Shown here piece after piece: positions 10,245 to 21,660 of a stretch of DNA of 64,000 nucleotides. This DNA is from Bradymonadia bacterium. GTDB lineage: Bacteria > Myxococcota_A > Bradymonadia > UBA7976 > UBA1532. The first letter of the stretch is position 1. Each line of letters starts with the position of its first letter. The notes below the pieces were generated by a model, which did not search any database, was not told the origin of the DNA, and saw only the letters and a program-made list of their open reading frames with translations. The position numbers were made by a program, and so were the translations under genes. Where the stretch lies: positions 224,001-288,000 of the forward strand of contig JBKAGE010000070.1 of the NCBI GenBank assembly GCA_046290225.1. Direction: 5' to 3'.

Positions 10245-10622
10245 TCAGCGCTGCTCGACCTCGGACACTTCGGGGTTCGTCAGGGCTACGGCGCCGAGAA
10301 TCCCACCGCCCATCACCATCAAGGCGACGCGATAGAGCATCGCCTCACTGAAGAGCGCCCCGCCTGCGAGGAGCACCACCCCTGCCGCAGCATCGAGCCC
10401 AAGGTGCATGGGAAACGAGATCAGGTGCTTCCGGCCGAGGGCATAGGTGGTGAGCATGCTGTAGAGCAGATTGGCCACGCCGATGATGCCCGGCAGGATC
10501 GCCGCAGCGAGTGAGACGCCCTGTTGCCACGCCACGACGGCCAGCGCCACCAGCGAGACATCTACGAGCATATCCAAGACGCCATGTACCCGGTGGGTGA
10601 TGAATTGCCACGGACGCGCCAT
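10245..10622 (-). CDS. small four-TM membrane protein (SPW-repeat-like)
   Basis: Four hydrophobic segments; HGVLD, YSMLTTY and HLGLD motifs; AGGAGG RBS. Confidence 0.7.
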   Translation of the reverse strand: MARPWQFITHRVHGVLDMLVDVSLVALAVVAWQQGVSLAAAILPGIIGVANLLYSMLTTYALGRKHLISFPMHLGLDAAAGVVLLAGGALFSEAMLYRVALMVMGGGILGAVALTNPEVSEVEQR

Positions 10623-10721
10623 CAAGTCCTCCTGTCATCTCATCGTGTGTGCAGTCGCGCCAGGAGAGCACAGCGAGCGCCAGCGAGCGAGCCTGTTCGG
10701 CCTACGGCCGAACGCTTCGGA

Positions 10722-10870
10722 GCCGACGGAGGCGAAGCCGGAGGAGCGGAGAAGCGCCCGAAGGGCAGGCTCTGAAAAAATACTGCCGACGGAGGCGAAG
10801 CCGGAGGAGCGGAGAAGCGCCCGAAGGGCAGGCTCCCTAGAAACACTGCAGGCTCTGAAAAAATACTGCC
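10722..10870. repeat. tandem direct repeats adjoining the tRNA 3' end
   Basis: Identical 51-bp unit at 10722-10772 and 10785-10835; 23-bp GCAGGCTCTGAAAAAATACTGCC at 10765-10787 and 10848-10870. Confidence 0.9.
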
Positions 10871-10939
10871 GGGGACAGGACTCGAACCTGCAACCTACTG
10901 CTTACAAAACAGTTGCTCTACCAATTGAGCTACCCCGGC
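10867..10939 (-). tRNA. tRNA-Thr (anticodon UGU)
   Basis: GCCGGGGTAGCTCAATTGGTAGAGC...ACTGT-TTTGTAA-GCAGT...GGTTCGAGTCC...CCCCGGCA cloverleaf; CCA not encoded. Confidence 0.96.
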
Positions 10940-11002
10940 CTGCATCCACAACGCGATGCGCCGTTCTGTGGCGGCGTATTTGAGGGCAACCTTTGCCCGA
11001 GA

Positions 11003-14000
11003 TCAACTCTCCTCGTCGAGTGCCCCTTCGTACAGCACCTCGAGGCGTTGCGCGTATGTCGCCAGAGTCGCCGCCCCCTCCTCGCCGAAGCGGTCCTCCA
11101 TACGGCGCAACATGCGCTGCGCATCTGCCACATAGGGCAGCGCCAGGCGGGTCAGCAGATCCACCGATCGGCGTACACAGACGATGGCTTCGACATCATC
11201 ACGTTGAGCGAGATGGTGACCGAGGTTGTGACAGACCCGAGCCTCGTTCTGCATGTCGTTCACTCGCCGGGAAGCCACCAGAGCTGCGCGGAAGTGACGC
11301 TCTGCCTCCCCAGCGTGTCCCAGGCTCTGACAGGCGATGGCCAGGTTGTTGAGGATCCGACCCTTGAGCGACTCTGCTCGAAGGCGTTCGTTCAGCGCCA
11401 GAGCCTCTTGCCCCAGAGCCCGCGCCTGACCTGGACGGCCGCGCTCCTGCTCGCACATCGCCAGCACATTGAGCAGCTTCATCTCCCCCGTGAGATCACC
11501 TGTACGGCGGTACTGCGACAGCGCCGCTTCACCGGCCTCGATGGCCGGCTCCGGACGATCGAGGCGCAACAGCGCACCACATTTGATGAACAGCGCCCGT
11601 GCTTCGATCCAGGCGCTGCGGCCCGCGGCAGGGCTCTGATGAATCACCTGGGCCTTCTCCAGCGCCTCTGCATAGCGACTGGTTTCCAGCTCGATGAAGG
11701 CTTCCAACAGCGTCAGTTGCGCCGCGAGCTCGGTGAAGCCTCCGATGGCCGCCTTCTCGTGGGCGTCGCCCAAAGCTTCCAGGGCTTCTGTGTATGCCCC
11801 TCGGCAACGTAAGCAGTCTGCGAGGCGCTCCCGGGCCTTCAGAGACTCTGCAGTGAGACTCAACGCCTCGAAATCCTCCACCGCCTGAAGCAACAGAGCC
11901 TCACCAGCACCCAGCTCACCTCGGCTCACCGCCCATTGGCCACGGACAAATGCCAGCCAGGCGGAGGCGAGGGGCTCAGGCTGGCCCTCAAGGCCCTCCA
12001 CCGCCTCATCGTACAGCTCGGCATCCATACGGCTGATGGCCAGACGACCCTGGCCGATGGCGAGCCGCACCTGCCGGGGCATACCTCCGTGTTGAGACTC
12101 CGCGTCGTCGAGGCTCGCCCTGGCGCGCTGGAACAGATCCAACGCCGCTCGATAGCGCCCGCCGGCGAGGGCGTACTCCGCCCCATCGAGCAGCCAGTCC
12201 GCAGCACGAGGATCTCGCGCAGATTGAAGATGACGCCCGATCTGACCTGCGAGGCCCATCCGCGCTCGGTGGCCCGACATCAGCAATTCAGCAGCGAGGC
12301 GATGCCAGACGTGGGCCTCTTCGAGTTGATCTGTGGCCTGGCTCAGGGCGCTGTACGCCAGGCCATGCTCGAAGCGAATGCCCCCACCAGCGGTCTCCAC
12401 CAGCACGCCATCGGCGATCCAACGCTCCAGCGCGCGCTCCATCGCCCCCGGCTCGGGGGCATCGACGAGCCCGAGGACCTGCCCCAACATGTCTACATCG
12501 GGGGCCTGACCCAGCACACTGGCCACATACAACACCCGGGCGTCCCAGCGCTCTTCTGGCGTGCCCTCGGCCATCCGGGCGACCCGATGACGGAGATCGT
12601 CTCCCCACCGGCCATGAGACAGCCAGCGCTCGCCACCATCTGCGAGCCAGAAGTGATCCCCGCTCTCGAAGATCATCCCTTCCTGGCTCATCTCTCGGAC
12701 CAGACGCACCAGCCAGTAGGGGTTGCCCCCAGCGTGGCGGCACAGCACCGTGCGGGCCCCTGGCTCCAGAGGCAACATCGCGCGCAACAGTGCATCAGCA
12801 TCTGCAGCATCGAGACGGGGCACATCGATCACCTGCACCCGCTCGTGGGCAAAGAGCGCCGTGTACCCATCCTCGGCCCCAGCGACACACGTACCCACGA
12901 TGAAGACCGGCCAGCTGCGCCAGTGATCAGTCTCCAACAGGTGGGAGATCAGCCGGCTCAGGGCGTCGCTGTCCGCCCAGTGCATGCCTTCGAAGCACAG
13001 CAGTAACGGCTTGTCTCGGCGCAACTGCTCCAAGACCCCGATGAGCAATTCCAGACGTAAACGGCGCCGATCTTCATCTTCTCCGGCCGCGCCGGTGGCG
13101 TATGTCATGTGTGGGCCGAACCAGCCCCACAGCAGGTTGCGGCAGGTGCGGTGACGGGCCGAATCCATCACACCGTCCTCGCCCTCTGCCATGAGCTGCG
13201 CTGCCTCGTCCCAGGTGGCCGGATCGCGTAAATCGATGCCCAGGCTCAAGGCGATTGCCTCATTGAGCGCCTCGAGCATCTCCTGGCCTTCCGTGGCCCG
13301 AGGTCTGATCTCCAGAGGCGTGGCCAGGCCTCGCTCGGAGAACACTTCTTTGAGCCAGCGCGCCAGGCGGCGCTTCCCGATCCCCCGAGCTCCACGGAGG
13401 ATCAACGCCCCCGAACGGCCATCTTCCAGGTGCGACACCCCCGTATCGAACAGGTGTCGCTGCAGCTCGCCTCGACCGGTGAGGGGTGGAGACTTCATGG
13501 TGAGCAGGCGGAACCGGTTATCCGGAATGTAGTTGCGCCGGACCACCCGAGGACCAATCGGGCTGACCAGAGGGGGGGGCCCTGTGTCCACCACCGTGGG
13601 CAGAGGTGATTGTGGCCCTCTCACCGAGCTCATACCCAACTCGAAATCAGGGATCTCGAGCAGGCGGCTGCGCACGTCGGCCGCACACGCCGGACGGCGC
13701 CAGGGCGAACGGCTGAGCAGCTCTGCCACGAGCTTCGACAACGCCTCTGGCGGCTCTCCACCACCCTTCAGGGTCAGCGGCGGCGCCTCTTGAGTGAGGC
13801 GTTGCACGATCATGGCCATGGGTGTCGGCGCATGGAACGGGGTACGCCCCGAGAGCAACTGAAAGAGCAAACAGCCCACTGCATAGAGATCCGAAGCGGG
13901 GCCGATTTGTCGACTGCGCCCCTGGGCCTGCTCCGGCGCCATGTACGCCGGCGTGCCCACCGTGCGATCCCCGAGCAGGGTGCCGTGGGTCTTCTTGGGC

Positions 14001-14536
14001 GACGCCAGCTCCGAGGTCCCGGCGACGTGCCCAGCATTCTCGACCTCTTCGCTGATCTTGGCGATGCCGAAGTCCACCAGCTTCAGCGCCTTCTGAGGCG
14101 CCGCGGTGATGAGGATGTTCTCCGGCTTGAGATCGCGGTGCACCACCCCCCGGGCGTGGGCATACGCCAGCGTGCGCAGCAACGCCTCGATCACAAAGCG
14201 TACGTCGGCCCAGCTGAAAGCCTCCACGGGCAGCTGAGCCAGGCTGCACCCCGAGATGAACTCCATCACGTAGAAAGGGCGTCCGTTGTGATCAACGCCA
14301 TGATCGAGCACCTGGACCACGCCAGGGTGATCGAGGCGAGCCACAGCTCTGATCTCGCGGTTGAAGAGCCGAACCATCCGCAGATCGCTCGCGCCGGCAT
14401 CGCGGATGATCTTCACCGCCACGGTCCGGGCGGTGCGCTGGTCCACCGCACGATAGACCGCCCCCATGCCTCCCTCTCCCACGAGGGCCTCCAGGTGGTA
14501 CCGATCGGCGATGAGGCCCTGGGACAAAGTGTCCAT
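11003..14536 (-). CDS. Ser/Thr protein kinase with P-loop NTPase-like and TPR regions
   Basis: GEGGMGAVY, VAVK, HRDLKPEN, DFG, APE; Walker A-like GARGIGKRR; C-terminal TPR-like helices. Confidence 0.9.
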   Translation of the reverse strand: MDTLSQGLIADRYHLEALVGEGGMGAVYRAVDQRTARTVAVKIIRDAGASDLRMVRLFNREIRAVARLDHPGVVQVLDHGVDHNGRPFYVMEFISGCSLAQLPVEAFSWADVRFVIEALLRTLAYAHARGVVHRDLKPENILITAAPQKALKLVDFGIAKISEEVENAGHVAGTSELASPKKTHGTLLGDRTVGTPAYMAPEQAQGRSRQIGPASDLYAVGCLLFQLLSGRTPFHAPTPMAMIVQRLTQEAPPLTLKGGGEPPEALSKLVAELLSRSPWRRPACAADVRSRLLEIPDFELGMSSVRGPQSPLPTVVDTGPPPLVSPIGPRVVRRNYIPDNRFRLLTMKSPPLTGRGELQRHLFDTGVSHLEDGRSGALILRGARGIGKRRLARWLKEVFSERGLATPLEIRPRATEGQEMLEALNEAIALSLGIDLRDPATWDEAAQLMAEGEDGVMDSARHRTCRNLLWGWFGPHMTYATGAAGEDEDRRRLRLELLIGVLEQLRRDKPLLLCFEGMHWADSDALSRLISHLLETDHWRSWPVFIVGTCVAGAEDGYTALFAHERVQVIDVPRLDAADADALLRAMLPLEPGARTVLCRHAGGNPYWLVRLVREMSQEGMIFESGDHFWLADGGERWLSHGRWGDDLRHRVARMAEGTPEERWDARVLYVASVLGQAPDVDMLGQVLGLVDAPEPGAMERALERWIADGVLVETAGGGIRFEHGLAYSALSQATDQLEEAHVWHRLAAELLMSGHRARMGLAGQIGRHLQSARDPRAADWLLDGAEYALAGGRYRAALDLFQRARASLDDAESQHGGMPRQVRLAIGQGRLAISRMDAELYDEAVEGLEGQPEPLASAWLAFVRGQWAVSRGELGAGEALLLQAVEDFEALSLTAESLKARERLADCLRCRGAYTEALEALGDAHEKAAIGGFTELAAQLTLLEAFIELETSRYAEALEKAQVIHQSPAAGRSAWIEARALFIKCGALLRLDRPEPAIEAGEAALSQYRRTGDLTGEMKLLNVLAMCEQERGRPGQARALGQEALALNERLRAESLKGRILNNLAIACQSLGHAGEAERHFRAALVASRRVNDMQNEARVCHNLGHHLAQRDDVEAIVCVRRSVDLLTRLALPYVADAQRMLRRMEDRFGEEGAATLATYAQRLEVLYEGALDEES

Positions 14537-14548
14537 CGTGCTCTCGTC

Positions 14549-15172
14549 TCAGCCCGTGGGCTCGGTGCGTATATCCGTGAGCGTTTTTGCCCCCGGCTCC
14601 CCATCGGTGACGGCCTCTTCCATCAAGGCCTTGACCTTCGCCGGTGACGCGAGGATGGGTCCGCTGGACAAAAGCGGCGCCGCATCGAGATCCTCAGCTT
14701 CCATCATTTCTACGATGCGGCTCAAGATTTCGTCGATCTCTGCCCGCTCTGCCTCGGAGAGCGCACGCAAGCGCCGGGCAAACCGCTCGTGGAGCGGCGA
14801 GGGCACCGACTCCACGAGGCTCACACCGGTCTCGGTGAGGGCCACCACCACTCGGCGCCTGTCCTGAGCGTGACGCGTGCGGCTCAGGCACCCTCGAGCC
14901 TCGAGACGATCGAGGATGCCGGTGACGGTGGCCTGGCTGAGCGAGACCTGACCCGCGAGCTCGCTCGGCGTGATCGTGCCCGCCTTGCGAATCATCCGCA
15001 GACACACCAGCTGGGGGCCGGTGAGCGTGTACTTTTGAGCCAGCTCTTTGCTGTAGAGATCGACCGCTCGAATCATGCGCCTGATGGAGATCAGGATGCG
15101 ATCTTCATAGTCGAAGGTGTCGTCGTCGCGGGTCGGTCCATCGGAGGATGAAGCGTGTTTTTTGATGCTCAA
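14549..15172 (-). CDS. MarR-family regulator (EctR/CosR-like)
   Basis: IRRMIRAVDLYSK, LTGPQL, SLSQATVTGILDRLE, DRR, MMEAEDLDAAPLL; start uncertain (TTG at 15172 assumed). Confidence 0.8.
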   Translation of the reverse strand: MSIKKHASSSDGPTRDDDTFDYEDRILISIRRMIRAVDLYSKELAQKYTLTGPQLVCLRMIRKAGTITPSELAGQVSLSQATVTGILDRLEARGCLSRTRHAQDRRRVVVALTETGVSLVESVPSPLHERFARRLRALSEAERAEIDEILSRIVEMMEAEDLDAAPLLSSGPILASPAKVKALMEEAVTDGEPGAKTLTDIRTEPTG

Positions 15173-15317
15173 TGGCGCACTCGAAGAGAAGGACGCTGTT
15201 TTGTCTGCGACGCTTATACTATGACGCAGTGAAAACCCATCTCTCTCAAATCGCGGTGAGCGCCTTTTATGGCGTCTCACCTGTTCGGGCGCGGTGTGCG
15301 CAGATCGGGGAACGACA

Positions 15318-15566
15318 GTGAACGGGAACGAACTTCAGATCGCCGCCGACGGCAGCCTCGTGATCCCCGCAGAGGTGCTCACCGCCCTCGGCTGGCAAGC
15401 CGGTGGCCAGGTGACCTTCGAGATCAGCGGCGCCGGCATCCGCCTCGAGCGGGCCCGCCCAGGCCTCATGCCCCAGGATCAACGCTCCGACCTCCACGCC
15501 ACGATGGAGATGAGCCGCGACCAGATCAAAGCCCTCACCGAAGAGAAGCTCCGCAACGGGAAGTGA
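15318..15566 (+). CDS. small AbrB/MazE-like DNA-binding protein
   Basis: DGSLVIPAEVLTALGWQAGGQVTFEISG matches the swapped-hairpin AbrB pattern; GTG start. Confidence 0.6.
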   Translation: MNGNELQIAADGSLVIPAEVLTALGWQAGGQVTFEISGAGIRLERARPGLMPQDQRSDLHATMEMSRDQIKALTEEKLRNGK

Positions 15567-15596
15567 GACCCCACTGACAGCTCCACGCCCCCCGAG

Positions 15597-15610
15597 CTGT
15601 AAATTTACAG
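15597..15610. promoter_or_regulatory. perfect 14-bp palindrome upstream of sdhC (candidate operator)
   Basis: CTGTAAATTTACAG, AT-rich within a GC-rich background, just 5' of TTGCGC...TATAAA promoter-like elements. Confidence 0.5.
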
Positions 15611-15870
15611 GCTTGTCAAACATGTTGTGCTTGCGCACCGCACCGGTGTCGGGAGTATAAAGCCCGACCCGGCAGCGGCTGCCCTGCGACCTCTCGACCC
15701 GACGGTTGAAGGCGCGCGGGGCAGATGATGCTACTCGAACAGAAACGGAAGACCTCGTCGAACATCATTGAGGTGTGAGGCAGAGGCTCTGCCGTCAAAT
15801 CAAACCGCCCTGAGGCCCGCCGTCTCGGGCGGGCACGGAGGCCGAGGCAGTGAGCGCCCCAGGGAATGCG

Positions 15871-16515
15871 ATGATGTCAACGGTGGTACGCAAGTGGATC
15901 GTGGGGCTCACAGGCCTCGGGCTGGTGGGCTTCTTGGTGGCCCACATGACCGGCAACGTCCTCATCTACAAAGAGGGCGCCATGAACGCCTACGCCAAGG
16001 GGCTGCACGATCTCTCGATCCTGCCCCTGCTCGAGATCGGGCTGATGGTGATGTTCGTGCTGCACATCGGCCTGGTCATCGGCTTCGTGATGCAGAGCAA
16101 CAAGGCCAAGGGCGGTGGCAAGTACGCCGTCACCGCCTCGAAGCGTAAAGAGGGCGGCATCTTCGAGCTGATCTCCGCCAAGGCCATGGCCATCAGCGGC
16201 ATGATCGTGCTCGCCTTCCTCGTGGTGCACATCCTCGACTTCCGCCTGCAGCGCGAAGAGATCGAGGGCGTCTCCGGCGGGGTCGAGGCCTACACCAAGA
16301 CCACCCTCGCCGTGGGCTGGAAGGCGATCCTGTACGCCGTGGCCAGCCTGCTCGTGGGCTGGCACATCTTCCGGGGCATCCAGAGCGGGTTCCGGTCGCT
16401 GGGCTTCTACCACGAGAAATACTCTCCGCTCATTCACAAGGGCGGCCGGGTGCTGTCTGTCATCGTGGGGTTGGGCTTCGCCTCGATCCCCCTTTGGATC
16501 CTGGTCACGCAGTAA
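15871..16515 (+). CDS. sdhC: succinate dehydrogenase/fumarate reductase cytochrome b subunit
   Basis: Five TM segments with His ligands ([24 protein letters not shown]); first gene of the operon. Confidence 0.9.
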   Translation: MMSTVVRKWIVGLTGLGLVGFLVAHMTGNVLIYKEGAMNAYAKGLHDLSILPLLEIGLMVMFVLHIGLVIGFVMQSNKAKGGGKYAVTASKRKEGGIFELISAKAMAISGMIVLAFLVVHILDFRLQREEIEGVSGGVEAYTKTTLAVGWKAILYAVASLLVGWHIFRGIQSGFRSLGFYHEKYSPLIHKGGRVLSVIVGLGFASIPLWILVTQ

Positions 16516-16529
16516 GGAGGCAATCGCTC

Positions 16530-18445
<1,916 letters not shown>

Positions 18446-18449
<4 letters not shown>

Positions 18450-19207
18450 GCGACGAGAAGCGGAACTACACCCTCAAGATCTGGCGCCAGCGTGGCGCCT
18501 CCGGTCAGGGGAAGTTCGAGACCCACCCCATGGAGGGGGTCTCGACGTCGAGCTCGTTCCTCGAGATGCTCGACATGCTCAACCTCAAGCTGCTCGCCGA
18601 GGGTGGCGATCCCGTGGCCTTCGACCACGACTGCCGCGAGGGCATCTGTGGCTCCTGTGGCTTCGTGATCAACGGCCAGGCCCACGGCAAGGAGCGGGGC
18701 ACTACGGTGTGCCAGCTGCACATGCGGGTGTTCCCCAACAACGCCACGCTGGTCCTTGAGCCCTGGCGCTCCGCAGGCTTCCCCATCGTCAAGGACCTGC
18801 ACGTCATGCGTGAGGCCTTCGACCGCATCATCACCGCCGGTGGGTACAACTCGGTGAACTGCGGCAACGCCCCCGACGCCAACTCGATCCTCGTGGGTCA
18901 GGAAGACGCGTCGAAGGCCTTCGACGCCGCCACCTGCATCGGCTGCGGCGCCTGCGTCGCTGCCTGCAAGAACGGCTCTGCGCTGCTCTTCGTCTCGGCG
19001 AAGGTGGGCCACCTCTCGATGCTGCCCCAGGGCAAGCCCGAGCGCGCCCGTCGCGTGCTGCGCATGGTGGAGCAGATGGAGAAGGAAGGCTTCGGTGGCT
19101 GCTCGAACACCCTCGAGTGCGAAGCCGCCTGTCCCAAGGAGATCTCCGCCTCCTGGATCCAGCGCCTCACCCGCGAGTACATGAAGGCCCGCATCAGCCG
19201 CGCCTGA
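18446..19207 (+). CDS. sdhB: succinate dehydrogenase/fumarate reductase Fe-S subunit
   Basis: [36 protein letters not shown] start overlapping the sdhA stop. Confidence 0.96.
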
Positions 19208-19288
19208 TGCGCCCCGACGCGTTGCGTCGTTCCCTGCCCCCTCTCATCTACACTCATCTACTCGGACGCCCCTGCCGTTCTGGCAGAC

Positions 19289-20188
19289 ATGCCCGACACC
19301 GATCAGACCAAAGCACCCCAAACATCTACCGCCAGTACCCCCAAAGGGGCAGGTTGCCTCGTTGTGGGTTTTGCCCTCGTCTACTGGTCCACGGTCATCG
19401 CCCTGGTGATGCTCGCCGTCTTTGGCTTCATCAACCATCAGTTCGGCTGTGAGCTCGAGCTCGAAGGCTCTGAAGTCCCCGAGGTCCCCGGATGGTATGC
19501 CTTTGGCATCCTCGTGCTCGCCGGGGTCATGGGCCTCATCGGACGGCTGACGGAGCGGTTCAAGGCCCGCTGGGACTGGAAGGGCGCCTGCATCCCCGGC
19601 GGCGCCCTCGTGTTGTTCATCACCCTGGCGGTGGTTGTCGGTGGACCCTACTTCGATCGCTACATCAACTACGGCGGCGAAGCGGAGTGGGCCGCCGCCA
19701 CCGATCGCCCCGAAGTGCTCCACCAGCTGCGAGATACAGGCTACCTGCCTGATCCGATCCGCGACGAGATGCTCTTCCAGGCGATCCGCTGGGACAGCCC
19801 CGCAGCGACTCGGGCGCTGCTCGAAATGCGTCCTCCTCCAGATCTCACCGCCGAGGCACCGACTCAGAACCGCGGCTGGACACCTTTGCTGCTCGCCTGC
19901 AGCGGCGCGCGCCTCGAGATCGTGCACATGCTCCTCGAGGCCGGCGCCCCCGTGAACCAACAAGGCACCCTCGGCCGTACCTGCTTGCACATCGCCCTGG
20001 GCATCCCGCCGCACCCGCGAAAGGGTGAAATCGTCACCAGCGAGGCAGGGCGTCTCGCCTATGTGGAACTGCTCATGAAGTTCGGCGCTGATCCCACCCT
20101 GGTGAGCGAGCACGAAGAGACCGCCTTGGGCATCGCCGCTCAACGTCGATGGGCCAGCATCGAAAAAGCGTTGCAGAAGCAAAGATAG
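19289..20188 (+). CDS. membrane protein with C-terminal ankyrin repeats
   Basis: Three TM segments, then GWTPLLLAC, GRTCLHIA, EETALGIA. Confidence 0.8.
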   Translation: MPDTDQTKAPQTSTASTPKGAGCLVVGFALVYWSTVIALVMLAVFGFINHQFGCELELEGSEVPEVPGWYAFGILVLAGVMGLIGRLTERFKARWDWKGACIPGGALVLFITLAVVVGGPYFDRYINYGGEAEWAAATDRPEVLHQLRDTGYLPDPIRDEMLFQAIRWDSPAATRALLEMRPPPDLTAEAPTQNRGWTPLLLACSGARLEIVHMLLEAGAPVNQQGTLGRTCLHIALGIPPHPRKGEIVTSEAGRLAYVELLMKFGADPTLVSEHEETALGIAAQRRWASIEKALQKQR

Positions 20189-20259
20189 AGTATCCCAGCT
20201 GACGACCTCCGCCCATCTCGGGTATCTTCTTCACAGCCCACCATCAGAGGAGCCCTGAG

Positions 20260-20709
20260 ATGGCCTACCCCAACCGCGAGTTGATCCGTGTGCTGCGAGA
20301 GACCGCCGAGCGCCTCGATCAGGGCGCCCAGTATCGGTGGACACACATGGGGGCGTGCAATTGCGGTCATGTGGCCCAGACCATCACCCGCCTGACCCGA
20401 GCCCAGATCAGGGCCTTTGCGCTGCAGAAAGCCGGTGACTGGGGTCAGCAGGCGGTGGAGTTCTGCCCCACCAGCGGATACGAGATCGATCAGATTCTGC
20501 AGATGATGGTGGAGCTGGGCATGACCCGAGCAGACATCGCCCACCTGGAGCGGCTCACCGATCGCGCGATCTTGAAGCGACTCCCCCTCGGAGAGCGCCA
20601 CCTCGACTACCGCGATCGCGATCATGTTGTGAAATACATGCAAGTCTGGGCCGACATGCTCGAAGAAGGCCTCGAAGCGGCCACAGATGTAGAGACTCAA
20701 GTGGCCTGA
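20260..20709 (+). CDS. conserved hypothetical protein with an HMGACNCGH motif
   Basis: GAGGAG RBS; clustered His/Cys residues. Confidence 0.75.
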   Translation: MAYPNRELIRVLRETAERLDQGAQYRWTHMGACNCGHVAQTITRLTRAQIRAFALQKAGDWGQQAVEFCPTSGYEIDQILQMMVELGMTRADIAHLERLTDRAILKRLPLGERHLDYRDRDHVVKYMQVWADMLEEGLEAATDVETQVA

Positions 20710-20727
20710 GGCCGAGCCAGCGGAGAT

Positions 20728-21660
20728 TCAGCCCCGAGCCTCCACGGCCTCCACGAGGGCGGGATACCAGGGGCCCATGAGCTCCCCTCGCTGCGAGAGA
20801 CTGGCCAGGGCATCCACGGCGCTGGACTCTTCTTGCAGGCGTACGAAACGCGAGGCGAGCGCCACCGCAGCACCCACCGAGATCTGACTCGGCTCATCGG
20901 CCTCCGAGGCCCCCTCCCACTGCTTCAAGCCGGCGACGATCGACAGCAGAGCCTTGAGATTGGGCACCCGCCCGAGCAGCTCGAACACCCATGTGGGCGC
21001 CTCCTCGAGTTGCCGCTCCTCCCGCTCGGTGAGGGGGGCCTGTCGCACCAGTCGAGCGAGGAGTGAAGGCGTCAACGTATCGAGCAGGGGCGAGATCAAG
21101 GCCCCCACCTCACCGGCCCAGTGCTCTTTGTGTTGTGCATGGGTGCACATGGCCCGGAACAGTTGCTGCACCTCGGCGCCGGCACCGTGGATCGCCGGGT
21201 GGGTGCCATCGAGCACGTCCCACAGCGGACTGATGTCGAGGGCCTCCTCATCTTCGAAGTGACCGGTGGCCATGGCCTCGTTGTGTTGCACGACAGCCTC
21301 GTCGAGGGTCTCCAGCAACACCTTGGGCGGGCATGGCTTGTTCAGAATGCGGAACACCCCAGCCTCTTCGATCACCCGAAGCAGATCTTCTGGATCGGAC
21401 TGGCCGGTGAGTAGAACCCGGGTCACCTCAGGATGACACTCGCGGGCGTGGGTGAGCAGCTGCAGGCCGGTCATCGTGGGCATGCGCATGTCGGCCACCA
21501 CCACCGCGAAAGGCCCGTGCTCATCGAGCAGGGCGATGGCCTCCTCGGGCTGACTCGTGGTGGTCACGGTGTAGTGTCGACGCAGGACCTGCCTCAGTCC
21601 CTCGAGTAATTGGGGCTCATCATCAACGCACAGAATGGGCACCTTGGCTGCACGACCCAT
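20728..21660 (-). CDS. response regulator with a degenerate HD-like C-terminal domain
   Basis: ILCVDDEP, VVADMRMP, LLTG, LNKP. Confidence 0.8.
   Translation of the reverse strand: MGRAAKVPILCVDDEPQLLEGLRQVLRRHYTVTTTSQPEEAIALLDEHGPFAVVVADMRMPTMTGLQLLTHARECHPEVTRVLLTGQSDPEDLLRVIEEAGVFRILNKPCPPKVLLETLDEAVVQHNEAMATGHFEDEEALDISPLWDVLDGTHPAIHGAGAEVQQLFRAMCTHAQHKEHWAGEVGALISPLLDTLTPSLLARLVRQAPLTEREERQLEEAPTWVFELLGRVPNLKALLSIVAGLKQWEGASEADEPSQISVGAAVALASRFVRLQEESSAVDALASLSQRGELMGPWYPALVEAVEARG

Noticed and set aside
10722..10870. Possible CRISPR array
   Set aside because: Only two units with a 12-bp gap, no unique spacers, and no cas genes
6715..10939. Prophage or integrative element at tRNA-Thr
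   Set aside because: No integrase or phage genes, and no distal copy of the tRNA 3' end found by eye
11003..14536. Avs/NLR-like anti-phage system, also considered for 56551-60048
   Set aside because: No nuclease, TIR or SIR2 effector and no defence-island context; kinase-NTPase-TPR proteins are common signalling proteins in this kind of genome
15660..15800. 6S RNA
   Set aside because: Paired region is only about 125 nt with an asymmetric interior; kept only as an unassigned structured leader
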